Position numbers and translations under genes: made by a program
The notes under the pieces: generated by a model
Seen by the model: the letters and a program-made list of their open reading frames with translations, nothing else
What the model was told of the DNA's origin: nothing
Database searches by the model: none
Source of the DNA: Dokdonella sp.
GTDB taxonomy: Bacteria > Pseudomonadota > Gammaproteobacteria > Xanthomonadales > Rhodanobacteraceae
Length of the DNA: 32,000 bases
Direction of reading: 5' to 3'
NCBI GenBank assembly: GCA_040002595.1
Contig: JBDUED010000002.1
Coordinates: forward strand, 32,465-64,464
Shown here: one piece after another, positions 8,458-17,631 of the stretch
Numbering within the stretch: the first letter of the stretch is position 1
Layout of the letters: every line of letters starts with the position of its first letter

Positions 8458-9486
8458 TCACGTCGTCGCGTCGCGGTGATAACGAGTGACCCGTTCCACC
8501 TCATTCTTCGAGCCGAGGAACACCGGTACGCGCTGGTGCAGCTTCTCCGGCAGGATGTCGAGGATACGCGTGAATCCAGTGGTTGCCGAACCGCCGGCCT
8601 GTTCGACAATGAAGGCCATCGGATTGGCTTCGTACATCAGGCGCAACTTGCCCGGTTTGTCGGGCTCGCGCGCATCGCGCGGGTAAATGAAAATCCCCCC
8701 GCGTGTGAGAATGCGATGTACATCGGCAACCATCGATGCGACCCAGCGCATGTTGAAGTCGCGCCCGCGCGGCCCGCTCTTTCCAGCCAGCAGTTCGTCG
8801 ATGTAGCGTCGCATCGGCGCTTCCCAGTGGCGCATATTGGACATGTTGATCGCGAACTCCGAGGTCTCCTCCGGAATGCACAGATTCGACTGGGTCAGCG
8901 GGAAATTGCCCTGCTCGCGGTCGAGGGTGAACTGGTGCACGCCCTCGCCGAGGGTCAATACCAGCATCGTGCTCGATCCGTAGATCGCATAGCCGGCAGC
9001 GACTTGTTTCGTGCCCGGCTGCAGGAATGCCGATTCGTTCGGCTCGCAGCCTTCCGGGCAGCGCAACACCGAGAAGATGGTGCCGACGGAGATGTTGACG
9101 TCGATGTTCGACGAGCCGTCTAGCGGATCGAACACGAGCAGGTATTCACCCTTTGGATAGCGATGCGGAATCGGATACGGATCGTCCATTTCCTCGGAGG
9201 CAAGCGCGGCGAGGTGACCGCCCCACTCGTTGGCTTCAAGCAGGATCTCGTTGGACACCACATCGAGCTTCTTTTGCGTCTCGCCCTGCACGTTTTCAGT
9301 GCCGGCGCTGCCGAGCAGGCCGCCGAGCGCGCCCTTGGCGGTAGCGATCGAGATGCGTTTGCAGGCGCGGGCGACCACTTCGATCAACAGGCGCAGGTCG
9401 CCGTCGAGTTGGCCTTTTTCGCGCTGGGCCTCGATCAGAAAGCGGCTCAAGGTGACCCGGTTGGCGGGGGAAGCGGTAGGCATCAT
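8458..9486 (-). CDS. fbp: Fructose-1,6-bisphosphatase, class 1
   Basis: ORF 8458..9486. Contains [34 protein letters not shown] and GGIFIYP, which are canonical class 1 FBPase blocks. The start is a tandem ATG ATG. Confidence 0.95.
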   Translation of the reverse strand: MMPTASPANRVTLSRFLIEAQREKGQLDGDLRLLIEVVARACKRISIATAKGALGGLLGSAGTENVQGETQKKLDVVSNEILLEANEWGGHLAALASEEMDDPYPIPHRYPKGEYLLVFDPLDGSSNIDVNISVGTIFSVLRCPEGCEPNESAFLQPGTKQVAAGYAIYGSSTMLVLTLGEGVHQFTLDREQGNFPLTQSNLCIPEETSEFAINMSNMRHWEAPMRRYIDELLAGKSGPRGRDFNMRWVASMVADVHRILTRGGIFIYPRDAREPDKPGKLRLMYEANPMAFIVEQAGGSATTGFTRILDILPEKLHQRVPVFLGSKNEVERVTRYHRDATT

Positions 9487-9643
9487 GGATTGCTATCCGC
9501 GCAAGACGAGGTCGTGCATTGTCGCGGCTGGCGTCGATACGCGCCAGTTGCGACACCGCATGAGCCCCTGTCGTGCCAATCGGTATTCGCGCACGGGTAG
9601 TTCGGTGCGATCATCGGTCTTTGCGCATCAGGAGTACGTCGCG

Positions 9644-11392
9644 ATGATCCGTTGGTTCGGTTGCCTGCTGTGCCTGGGTTTGGCATTGACATCGGTCGCG
9701 CACGCGACGACCGCCGACGATCGCTTCAAGGCGCTCTACACGCAGGAATGGAACTGGCGCCAGCTTCAGTTCCCCGGTGCCGATGAAGATGACAGCGCGG
9801 CGAACGTAAACGACAACCGCCTGCCCGCGGTCGATGCGAACGCGCAAGCGGCGCGTCTTGCGTACTGGAACGATGTGCTCACCCAACTTGATGCCATTCC
9901 CGCCAAGGAGCTGTCGGCGGAAAACCGGATCAACCTCGCGGTATACCGGCCGCAGATTGAAAATCTCGCCGCGGACATCCGCTTTCACGGCTACGAAATG
10001 CCGTTCAACAGCGATTCGCAGTTCTGGTCCGACCTCGGTTTCATGACGCGACGGCCACTGAAGAATGCGCAGGAGGCGCACAACTACATTGCGAAATTGA
10101 ATGACATACCGCGCTATTTCGATCAGCAGATTGTCAATATGCGCGCCGGTCTCAAGCGTGGTTTCAGCGTGCCGCGCGCGGTGCTCGATGGCCGCGACGG
10201 ATCGATCGCCAGTTACGCCGACGCAGCGTCGCCGATGGACAGCGAGTTCTACGTGCCGCTCAAGCAATTGCCATCAAACATTTCGGCCGAACAACAAGCA
10301 ATGCTGCGCAGCGATGCACAGCGCGCCATTGGCACGCGTGTGATTCCGGCCTATGCAAAGCTGTTGACGTTCTTCCGCACCGAATACGTACCGCATGCAC
10401 GCACGACACTGGCCGCCGAAGCGCTGCCGGATGGCAAGGCGTATTACCGTCAGCAGATACGCGAATACACCACGCTCGATCTCGACCCTGAAACGATTCA
10501 TGCAATCGGCCTCAAGGAAGTCGCGCGCATCGACGCCGACATGCAGGCCACGATGAAGGCGAGCGGTTTCAAGGGCGACTTTCCGGCATTCCTGCATTTC
10601 CTGCGCAGCGACCCGCAGTTCTACGCCAGGACGCCGGATGAATTGCTGATGCGGGCGGCCTGGATCGCCAAGCAAGTGGACGGAAAAATCGCACAGTATT
10701 TCGGCTTGCTGCCGCGCGGACGTTTCGGCATCGATCCGGTGCCGGCGGCGATTGCCCCGTTCTGGACCGCCGGCCGCGGCAGCGCGCACACCTACTGGGT
10801 CAACACCTATGACTTGCCCTCGCGCCCGCTGTACAACCTGCCCGCGCTGACCCTGCACGAATCCTCACCGGGACATGCGTTGCAAGGCGAACTGTCAGAG
10901 GAGCACAAAGGCCTGCCGGATTTCCGCAGCAAAAGCTATATTTCAGCCTATGGCGAAGGCTGGGCGTTGTATTGCGAAAAGCTTGGCGAGGAAATGGGCA
11001 TCTATCACACGCCGTACGAGGAGTTCGGTCGCGAAACGTACGAAATGTGGCGTGCCGCGCGCCTCGTGATCGACACGGGGCTTCATCACAAGGGCTGGAC
11101 GCGTGCGCAGGCGATCGACTATCTCGCGCGCCATACCGCGCTGAGTCAACACGAAGTGGAAACGGAAGTCGACCGCTATATTTCGTGGCCGGGTCAGGCG
11201 CTCAGTTACAAGCTTGGCGAGATGAAGATTGTTCAGCTGCGCGCCCGCGCGGAGAAGGAACTGGGTGCGAAGTTCGACTTGCGCGCGTTCCACGACGCCG
11301 TGCTGGCACTCGGGTCGGTGCCCTTGCCGGTGCTGGAAGAAAGCATCGACGCGTTTATTGCACAGCAAAAAACACGCATCGGGAAATCCTGA
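9644..11392 (+). CDS. DUF885 family exported protein (metallopeptidase-like fold)
   Basis: Part of ORF 9230..11392. The start is placed at ATG 9644 (MIRWFGCLLCLGLALTSVAHATT..., a signal peptide) with AGGAG 9 nt upstream. It carries the DUF885 hallmark HESSPGHALQ...EGWALYCE. The upstream 138 codons of the track ORF are antisense to fbp or intergenic. Confidence 0.9.
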   Translation: MIRWFGCLLCLGLALTSVAHATTADDRFKALYTQEWNWRQLQFPGADEDDSAANVNDNRLPAVDANAQAARLAYWNDVLTQLDAIPAKELSAENRINLAVYRPQIENLAADIRFHGYEMPFNSDSQFWSDLGFMTRRPLKNAQEAHNYIAKLNDIPRYFDQQIVNMRAGLKRGFSVPRAVLDGRDGSIASYADAASPMDSEFYVPLKQLPSNISAEQQAMLRSDAQRAIGTRVIPAYAKLLTFFRTEYVPHARTTLAAEALPDGKAYYRQQIREYTTLDLDPETIHAIGLKEVARIDADMQATMKASGFKGDFPAFLHFLRSDPQFYARTPDELLMRAAWIAKQVDGKIAQYFGLLPRGRFGIDPVPAAIAPFWTAGRGSAHTYWVNTYDLPSRPLYNLPALTLHESSPGHALQGELSEEHKGLPDFRSKSYISAYGEGWALYCEKLGEEMGIYHTPYEEFGRETYEMWRAARLVIDTGLHHKGWTRAQAIDYLARHTALSQHEVETEVDRYISWPGQALSYKLGEMKIVQLRARAEKELGAKFDLRAFHDAVLALGSVPLPVLEESIDAFIAQQKTRIGKS

Positions 11393-11464
11393 CTCCCGAC
11401 GGCTGATGGCGCATCGGCGAATCGCGAGCGATTGCGTCGTCGATGCATGTGCACAACGTCGGCG

Positions 11465-12163
11465 TCACGAACCGTCGGGAATTTTCGATGGTTTGGCTTT
11501 GGGAGCCGGATGGTGGGCTTTTGTTGCAGGCGGGCTTACCGCAGCCTTGTCCGCCGCCGCACGCTTGGCCCATTCGTCGAGAATCGCACTGCGAGCGTTT
11601 GCCTGCGCCGGCGCAATCACCGGCGGCGGCTCCTCGGGATTGCCGCTGTCAATGTAGCGCACCAACCGCGCCACCTGCGCGCCGAGCATCGCGTCGACCT
11701 GCGGCGCGAACGCGTCCAGCGTGCTCGAGCTGGAGCCGTTGACGCGGTATTCCACGTTGAGTTCGGTCGCGCCGTCATCGCCTCCCTTGATCCAGAAACT
11801 CAACGTGCCCTTGAGCGCGAATTCCTGCAGCGGGCCGAGCGCGGTTTCCAGGCGCAGCAGCTTTCCCGGCAACGCCATCACCACGCGACCTTGCTCAACG
11901 CTGGAATCTTTCCACTTTTCGCAAAAGCAACCACCCGCTTCCGGCTTCAGACTCAAATTGGCAGCGCTGCCGGACCAGGTATGTTCGTTGCTCCACCAGC
12001 GCTGTGGCTGCACGATGTCGGCCCAGGTCTTCTGTGTGGTTGCCGCGACCGGATAGGTGAATGCGATGAAGAAACCATCGACGGCCGACTGCTTGACTTC
12101 GGCGTGGGCAACAAGCGCCAGCGATGACAAGGCGAGCAACAGGACGCCGCGAACCAGCTTCAT
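11465..12163 (-). CDS. Exported SRPBCC (START/Aha1-like) domain protein with a Pro/Ala/Lys-rich C-terminal tail
   Basis: ORF 11465..12235 trimmed to ATG 12163 (MKLVRGVLLLALSSLALVAHA/EVK, a signal peptide). This also removes the overlap with the phhA stop. The core (FTYPVAATTQKTWADIVQPQRWW...GCFCEKW...LSFWIK) resembles SRPBCC ligand-binding domains. The tail reads PPPVIAPAQ...PPATKAHHPAPKAKPSKIP. Confidence 0.65.
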   Translation of the reverse strand: MKLVRGVLLLALSSLALVAHAEVKQSAVDGFFIAFTYPVAATTQKTWADIVQPQRWWSNEHTWSGSAANLSLKPEAGGCFCEKWKDSSVEQGRVVMALPGKLLRLETALGPLQEFALKGTLSFWIKGGDDGATELNVEYRVNGSSSSTLDAFAPQVDAMLGAQVARLVRYIDSGNPEEPPPVIAPAQANARSAILDEWAKRAAADKAAVSPPATKAHHPAPKAKPSKIPDGS

Positions 12164-12231
12164 GACGTCATCGACCGCGCACGTTGTTCGGTTGTTCCGC
12201 TGCGTCGCCGATTTCAAGGACTTGGCCCGGG

Positions 12232-13125
12232 TCACACATCGGCGCCGCTGGCCCAGCCTTCACCGGTGCCGCGCTGGAACACGCAGTCGCTGGCGAGAAT
12301 TTCTCCGGCTGCAATCGCCGGTTGTGCGAGGAGATCGGTGTAGATGGGACGGAAATCCGGTCGCGTTGCCGCCATCAACTGCTCGAAGCTGTCGATGACG
12401 AAATAGGTTTTCTGGTAGGTGTCGATGCGGTAGCGCGTGCGCATGATGCGCTGCAGATCAAAGCCGAGGCGGTTTGGCGCGGGCGATTCCAGACAATGAA
12501 TCGATTCGCCTTTCGACGACACGATGCCCGACCCGTAGATGCGCAGGTTTCCGTCCTGACGGATCAGGCCGAACTCGACCGTGTACCAGTACAGTCGGGT
12601 CAGGTTGACCAGCGCGTCGCTGCCGATAGCATGCGCCTTGACGCCGCCGCGGCCGTAGGCCTGCATGTAGTCGGCAAATTCCCGATTGAGCAACAGCGGC
12701 ACGTGGCCGAACAGATCGTGAAAAAGATCGGGTTCGGCAATGTAGTCGATCTGCTCGGGTTTGCGAATCCACCACGTCACCGGGAAACGCTTGTTCGCCA
12801 GGTGCTCGAAAAACGTCAACTCCGGCAACAAGCCTTCGACGCCGATGAGCTGCCAGCCAGTCGCGTTGGCCAGCACTTCGTTGAGGTCGTCGAAACGCGG
12901 GATTGCATCCGGCGTCATGCCGAAGCGTTGCTGGTTGTCGATGAACTCGTCGCAGGCACGGCCTGTGAGGATCTGGCGCTGGCGCTCGAACAGCGTCGCC
13001 CATGTCTGATGATCGGCGGGTGAGTAACTCGCCCACGGTTGGTCGATGACGGTGGTCGTGTAGACCGGGACGTAGCCCTTGTCGGTCTCGAGATGTTCGA
13101 CGCGGCGCGGTTCGGCAGGACTCAT
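12232..13125 (-). CDS. phhA: Phenylalanine 4-monooxygenase (pterin-dependent aromatic amino acid hydroxylase)
   Basis: ORF 12232..13125. Contains the iron-ligand region PDLFHDLFGHVPLL, then YWYTVEFGL and IYGSGIVSSKGE, with a bacterial PhhA length of 297 aa. Confidence 0.95.
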   Translation of the reverse strand: MSPAEPRRVEHLETDKGYVPVYTTTVIDQPWASYSPADHQTWATLFERQRQILTGRACDEFIDNQQRFGMTPDAIPRFDDLNEVLANATGWQLIGVEGLLPELTFFEHLANKRFPVTWWIRKPEQIDYIAEPDLFHDLFGHVPLLLNREFADYMQAYGRGGVKAHAIGSDALVNLTRLYWYTVEFGLIRQDGNLRIYGSGIVSSKGESIHCLESPAPNRLGFDLQRIMRTRYRIDTYQKTYFVIDSFEQLMAATRPDFRPIYTDLLAQPAIAAGEILASDCVFQRGTGEGWASGADV

Positions 13126-13178
13126 GGCACACGCTCCGGATGCAGGAACGACAGCTTAGCGCGCTTGGCATGCAGGGG

Positions 13179-13216
13179 GCGTGAAGCGCCGTTAACGGGC
13201 GCTGGACCGCTTTTTT
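13179..13216 (+). terminator. Intrinsic-terminator-like hairpin plus T6, oriented on the plus strand, with no plus-strand gene upstream
   Basis: GCG(13179-81)/CGC(13208-10) and AGCGCC(13185-90)/GGCGCT(13198-203), with loop GTTAACG, are immediately followed by TTTTTT (13211-13216). The element lies between the phhA start (13125) and the rhomboid stop (13364), both on the minus strand. Confidence 0.3.
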
Positions 13217-13363
13217 CCATCGCGACCGCGCGATACGTTTCCCCGCGGCCGGTAGAGACGGAACGCGACGATCAGATCAGCCCGGTCGATTGCCGCCCTC
13301 ACTGGTGCAAGGGGGAAATTCGGAGGACAGACAAACGGGTGGGGTTGCCGCATCTGCAAGTGA

Positions 13364-14155
13364 TCAGTGAATCGTCGGCGGCTGCGAATCGACGTCGCGC
13401 GGACGAAATGCGATCACACGATCGGCGTCCTGATCGGTGTCCGCCCGTTGCCATAGCACCGGGACATCCGCGGCCAGCGGCGGCTCAAGTTCCGTATCTT
13501 CGTTGTCCGCTTCGAGTTCATCGTCTTCCCAGCTGTAGCGTTTCCGCGGAGGCAGCGCGTCGCGTCGATGCAGGGCGAACGCCGCCAGAACGCCAGCAAT
13601 CGCCCCGGCCAGGTGGTATTCGAAACTTACATGTTCTTCATGCGGCAGAACCGACAGAAGCATGCTTCCATAGAGAAAAAACACCACCAGCGAGGTCACC
13701 ACGGCAAGGCGATCGCGCCGGATCAGGCCCATCACGAACAGGAAGAACATCAGGCCATGCACGATGCCGCTGGCACCAATGTGAACCGAATCGCGTGCAA
13801 ACAACCACACCCCCAGGCCGGACAAAAGCCAGATCAGCGGCAACGCCAGACGTGCAGCGCGCGGATAGCAATACAGGGTCAGGGTCGCCAGCAATCCGAG
13901 CGGCAAGGTGTTGGACATCAGATGATCCAACGAAGCGTGCGCAAACGGCGCAGCGAGGATGCCGACCAGGCCACGCAACTGGCGCGGGCGAATACCAAGG
14001 TCGGTCATTGGCCAGCCGAGCAGCCACGCCCCGAGCCAGGCAATCCAGACGCCGAGCAGCAAGGCCCCGGCACCGAGCACGGCGTAGCGCACGCGGGTGC
14101 GGTCGCGGGCAACGCTGGCGCGGTCGGGTTCAGGGATGGGAGCGGCAATGGCCAT
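13364..14155 (-). CDS. Rhomboid family intramembrane serine protease with an acidic C-terminal tail
   Basis: ORF 13364..14191 (TTG start). ATG 14155 is preferred, but neither start has a clear SD. It has the catalytic GxSG (HIGASGIVHGL) and a downstream His (YHLAGAIAG), six or more hydrophobic segments and an acidic tail WEDDELEADNEDTELEPP. Confidence 0.85.
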   Translation of the reverse strand: MAIAAPIPEPDRASVARDRTRVRYAVLGAGALLLGVWIAWLGAWLLGWPMTDLGIRPRQLRGLVGILAAPFAHASLDHLMSNTLPLGLLATLTLYCYPRAARLALPLIWLLSGLGVWLFARDSVHIGASGIVHGLMFFLFVMGLIRRDRLAVVTSLVVFFLYGSMLLSVLPHEEHVSFEYHLAGAIAGVLAAFALHRRDALPPRKRYSWEDDELEADNEDTELEPPLAADVPVLWQRADTDQDADRVIAFRPRDVDSQPPTIH

Positions 14156-14326
14156 GCGTTCGAACAGTGAGGGCGCCGTCGCCGCGCGCAAGGGGCGGGC
14201 AGGTATTTACCCATCGAGATCGCGCCATTGAGCCGCCACGCGCACCTCTCTTGCAGAATACGGGATGCGGGTTGCGCGGTCTGAGCCGGGCCGACGACCG
14301 CACGTCCGCTTGGTTATCATAAGCAG

Positions 14327-15511
14327 ATGACTCGCGAAAACGCGGATGCGCTGCCGCTGATCCAGCTCAAGATCGAACGCCGCTCGAATCATCCCTGGAT
14401 CTTCCAGAAGATGGTCGAGAAGCCCGAACCCAAACCCAAACCCGGCACCATCGTCGACATCGTCGATCGCGAAGGCGCCTTTGCCGGCCGCGGTTTTTAC
14501 AACGGTCATTCGCGCATCGCCTTGCGCGTGCTTACGGCCGATCCGGACGAGGTGGTCGACGAGGCGTTTTTCGCGCGCAAGATTGGCGACGCCGTAGCGT
14601 TGCGCCGCGAGCTGCTCAGGCTCGATGCAATCACGGATGCGTATCGGCTGGTGCATTCCGAAGGCGACGGGCTGTCCGGCCTGGTCGTCGACCGTTTCGC
14701 CAACACGCTGGTGGTCGAATTCTTCTCGGCCGGCATGTACAAGCTGCGCGAACTGATCCGGCGCTGCCTGCTCGAACACTTTCCCGGCGCGGAAATTTAC
14801 GCTTACGCCGAAGTGCATGTGCAAAAACAGGAGAGCTTCGATTGCGCCGTGCCACCCGCACCTGCGCCCACGGTGATTCACGAACACGGCGTGAAATTCC
14901 ACGCCGCCCCCGGCACCAAGCACAAGACCGGCTTCTTCGCTGACCAGCGCGACAACCGCAAGCTGCTGGCGGAATTCTGCGCCGGCAAGCGCGTGCTGGA
15001 TCTGTGTTGCAACTCCGGCGGGTTCGGCATCATGGCCAAGACGATTGGTGGCGCGGCGGAAGTTGTCGGCGTCGACCTCGATGAGGAAATCCTCGAAATC
15101 GCGGAGAAGAACGCGCGTCTAAACCACGTCAAGGTGCGCTTCGTGCAAGCGGATATTTTCCACTGGTTGCGCGACGGGGCTGGTAACAATGTGGACAAGT
15201 TCGATGTCGTGATCCTCGATCCGGCCAAGATGACGCGCGACCGCGAACAGGTGATCCCCGCGCTGAAGAAATACCTCGACATGAACAAGCTGGCGATGGG
15301 CGCGGTGAAGCGCGGCGGCCTGTTGCTCACGTGTTCTTGCACGGGTCTCGTCGGCGAAGACCAGTTCCTCGACATGCTGCGCCGTGCCGCGTTCTACGCG
15401 GGTCGCACCGTGCAGGTGCTCAAGGTAACCGGCGCCGGGCCGGACCATCCGTGGCAGGCGCACGTACCCGAATCACGCTATCTAAAGGCGGCGTTTTGTC
15501 GGGTGGACTAA
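14327..15511 (+). CDS. rlmI: Class I SAM-dependent 23S rRNA (cytosine-C5) methyltransferase, RlmI-like, with an N-terminal PUA-like domain
   Basis: ORF 14327..15511. It is collinear with E. coli RlmI as I recall it: HPWIF, IVDIVD, SEGDGLSGLVVDRF, KTGFFADQRDNR, VLDLCCNSGGFG, FDVVILDPAK, LLLTCSCTG and YLKAAFCRV. Confidence 0.8.
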   Translation: MTRENADALPLIQLKIERRSNHPWIFQKMVEKPEPKPKPGTIVDIVDREGAFAGRGFYNGHSRIALRVLTADPDEVVDEAFFARKIGDAVALRRELLRLDAITDAYRLVHSEGDGLSGLVVDRFANTLVVEFFSAGMYKLRELIRRCLLEHFPGAEIYAYAEVHVQKQESFDCAVPPAPAPTVIHEHGVKFHAAPGTKHKTGFFADQRDNRKLLAEFCAGKRVLDLCCNSGGFGIMAKTIGGAAEVVGVDLDEEILEIAEKNARLNHVKVRFVQADIFHWLRDGAGNNVDKFDVVILDPAKMTRDREQVIPALKKYLDMNKLAMGAVKRGGLLLTCSCTGLVGEDQFLDMLRRAAFYAGRTVQVLKVTGAGPDHPWQAHVPESRYLKAAFCRVD

Positions 15512-15607
15512 AACGAGCCTGCGTGATGCTCCCACGACACCTGCACGCTCTACAGAGTCGCGCTGCCCGCCATGCAACTGCGCTGCAGCTCCACGCAGTC
15601 GCGCGCG

Positions 15608-15624
15608 ACAGGATCAAATCCTGT
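15608..15624. promoter_or_regulatory. Perfect palindrome ACAGGAT-caa-ATCCTGT upstream of folE (operator or 5'-UTR hairpin candidate)
   Basis: 7-bp arms with a 3-nt centre, read directly from the sequence. It ends 37 nt upstream of the folE ATG (15662) and is not followed by a T-run. Confidence 0.25.
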
Positions 15625-15661
15625 GCCTGCTAGACTGCGCACCCCATCGCGGGATCCAGCC

Positions 15662-16261
15662 ATGAAAAAGTCGACAGCGCTACCCCCGGTTGACCAAGCC
15701 CAAGCCGAAGAAGCCGTGCGCACCCTGCTGCGCTGGGCCGGCGAAGACCCCACGCGCGAAGGCCTGCTCGACACGCCCAAGCGCGTGGTCAAGGCGTATC
15801 GCGACTGGTTTTCAGGCTACGCGATCGATCCGTCCGAATATCTGGCGCGAACATTCGAAGAAGTCGCCGGATACGATGAAATGATCGTGCTGCGCGACAT
15901 TCCATTCGAGTCGTTTTGCGAGCATCACATGGCGCCAATCATCGGCCGCGCGCATGTTGGCTATGTGCCAACCGACAAGGTGGTCGGCATATCCAAGCTA
16001 GCGCGCGTGGTGGACGCGTACGCGCGACGTTTCCAGGTGCAGGAAAAACTGACGGCGCAAATAGCGCATTGCATCGATATGGTGCTCAAACCCCGCGGCG
16101 TCGGCGTGGTCATCGATGCGACGCATCAATGCATGACCACGCGCGGTGTGCACAAGCGCGGTGTGTCGATGATTACCAGTCAGATGCTCGGCTCCTTCCG
16201 TGAGGATGCGCGCACCCGCGCCGAGTTCCTCCGCTTCATCGATATCGACACGGGCCGTTGA
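15662..16261 (+). CDS. folE: GTP cyclohydrolase I (FolE, type 1)
   Basis: Part of ORF 15572..16261, starting at ATG 15662 (MKKSTALPP...). Contains [26 protein letters not shown] (Zn site), SKLARVV and QVQEKLT. Confidence 0.95.
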   Translation: MKKSTALPPVDQAQAEEAVRTLLRWAGEDPTREGLLDTPKRVVKAYRDWFSGYAIDPSEYLARTFEEVAGYDEMIVLRDIPFESFCEHHMAPIIGRAHVGYVPTDKVVGISKLARVVDAYARRFQVQEKLTAQIAHCIDMVLKPRGVGVVIDATHQCMTTRGVHKRGVSMITSQMLGSFREDARTRAEFLRFIDIDTGR

Positions 16262-16308
16262 TGCCGCACCGCGTGCATCTTCCACAAGGCAAATAACGGA
16301 ATCCATCG

Positions 16309-17607
16309 TTGAGCACGTCGAGCGAAAAACCGGTGCGCCATGCCGCGCTGGCGTTCATCTTCGTCACCGTGATGCTCGACATGTTGTCGTTTGGCATCAT
16401 CATTCCGGTGCTACCCCATCTGATCGTCGAACTGGTCGGCGGCAGCATCGCCACGGCGGCGGTCTGGTCAAGCGCGTTCGGCACCGTGTACATGCTGATG
16501 CAATTCGTGTTCTCGCCGATCCAGGGCGCGCTGTCGGATCGTTACGGTCGGCGCACGGTGATCCTGATTTCAAGCTTCGGCCTCGGCGTGGATTTCATCG
16601 TGATGGCGCTGGCGCCGGTGCTGTGGCTGCTGTTTATCGGCCGCCTCGTGTCGGGTATCTGCGCGGCCAGCTTTTCGACCGCCAACGCCTACATCGCCGA
16701 TGTGATCCCGAAGGAAAAGCGCGCTGCCGCGTTCGGATTGCTCGGCGCCGCGTTCGGTATAGGTTTCGTCATCGGGCCTGCGCTGGGTGGATTTCTCGGC
16801 GGCGTGAATATCCGCTTGCCGTTCTGGGTTGCGGCATCGCTGTCGCTCGCCAATTTCGCGTATGGATTTTTTGTTTTGCCTGAATCGCTGCCGCAGGAAC
16901 GGCGCACGTCGCGCATCGACTGGCGCCACGCCAATCCACTCGGCGCGTTGCTGCTGCTGCGGCGTTATCCGCAGGTGTTCGGGCTGGCTGCGGTGTTTTT
17001 CCTGACCAACCTCGCCCAGTTCTCGCTCAACTCCACGTACGTGCTGTACACCGATTACCGGTATGGCTGGGGTCCGCAGATCGTCGGTTACACACTGGGG
17101 CTGGTCGGTCTTTGCAGCGGTCTCGTGCAAGCGGTGCTGGTGCGTCGCTTGATGCCGGCGCTCGGCGAGCGACGCATGATTCTGGCCGGCCTCGCCCTGT
17201 GTATCGTCGGATACATTTTCTTCGGCTTCGCGCCGACCGCGTGGCTGTTCGTGCTCGGCATTCCGTTCCTGTGCCTGGGTGGGCTGGCCGGGCCGCCGGC
17301 ACAGGCGATGATGACGCACCAAGTCGATCCGCACGAGCAGGGACGTCTGCAAGGCGCGCTGAGCAGTCTGGCCAGCTTGGCCGGCGTGTTCGGCCCTGCC
17401 CTGTTCGCCAATTTGTTTGCGCTGTTCATCAGTGATCACGCGCCCGTGCATTTGCCTGGCATCGCGTTCGTGCTGGCGGCAACGTTGCTCGCCGCGGCGC
17501 TTGTCCTCGCAGCGCGCGTGACGTCATCGATGTCAGCCCACGCATTTGTCGGGGGCATGGATACGGGCGTTGCCGAATCAGGTTCAGGTTCCGTGCCGCG
17601 CGCTTGA
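16309..17607 (+). CDS. MFS transporter, TCR/Tet (tetracycline-resistance-like) family
   Basis: ORF 16309..17607 (TTG start; there is no in-frame ATG nearby). It has MFS motif A (GALSDRYGRR), 12 hydrophobic segments and an N-terminal FIFVTVMLDMLSFGIIIPVLP typical of Tet-like MFS proteins. Confidence 0.9.
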   Translation: MSTSSEKPVRHAALAFIFVTVMLDMLSFGIIIPVLPHLIVELVGGSIATAAVWSSAFGTVYMLMQFVFSPIQGALSDRYGRRTVILISSFGLGVDFIVMALAPVLWLLFIGRLVSGICAASFSTANAYIADVIPKEKRAAAFGLLGAAFGIGFVIGPALGGFLGGVNIRLPFWVAASLSLANFAYGFFVLPESLPQERRTSRIDWRHANPLGALLLLRRYPQVFGLAAVFFLTNLAQFSLNSTYVLYTDYRYGWGPQIVGYTLGLVGLCSGLVQAVLVRRLMPALGERRMILAGLALCIVGYIFFGFAPTAWLFVLGIPFLCLGGLAGPPAQAMMTHQVDPHEQGRLQGALSSLASLAGVFGPALFANLFALFISDHAPVHLPGIAFVLAATLLAAALVLAARVTSSMSAHAFVGGMDTGVAESGSGSVPRA

Positions 17608-17631
17608 TCCGACGGACTATTTCGATTCCCG

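Noticed and set aside
7705-9123. 472-aa plus-strand ORF.
   Set aside because: It is antisense to both the 2OG oxygenase gene and fbp, which have unambiguous catalytic motifs. A single ORF spanning two opposite-strand genes is an artefact.
9230-9643. N-terminal extensions of track ORFs. This one precedes the DUF885 gene. Others are 1875-2093 (pssA-like), 12164-12235 (SRPBCC), 15572-15661 (folE), 18229-18315 (DUF488), 20473-20715 (ligB), 26097-26114 (GDT1) and 31184-31411 (bioB).
   Set aside because: The extensions overlap neighbouring genes or intergenic DNA and lack family homology. Internal starts give proper signal peptides, SD sequences or canonical N-termini.
11394-11479. 8-bp inverted repeat CCCGACGG ... 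CCGTCGGG separated by about 70 nt at the DUF885/SRPBCC convergent junction.
   Set aside because: The distal arm lies inside the SRPBCC coding sequence (codons for ...IPDGS). The loop is too long for a terminator, so this is probably coincidental.
13166-13181. Sigma54-like TGGCAT-N5 element near phhA.
   Set aside because: The -12 position reads GGGC rather than TTGC. The element is also on the plus strand, pointing away from phhA, with no plus-strand gene downstream.
13039-14322. 427-aa plus-strand ORF across the phhA-rhomboid spacer.
   Set aside because: It is antisense to the rhomboid gene (which has GxSG and His motifs). It is extremely Arg/Pro-rich with no motifs.
15512-15661. Possible folate-class (THF-II / folE-motif) riboswitch upstream of folE.
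   Set aside because: I cannot match the spacer to that motif from memory, and the motif is described mainly in Alphaproteobacteria. Only a simple palindrome is visible, reported separately at low interest.
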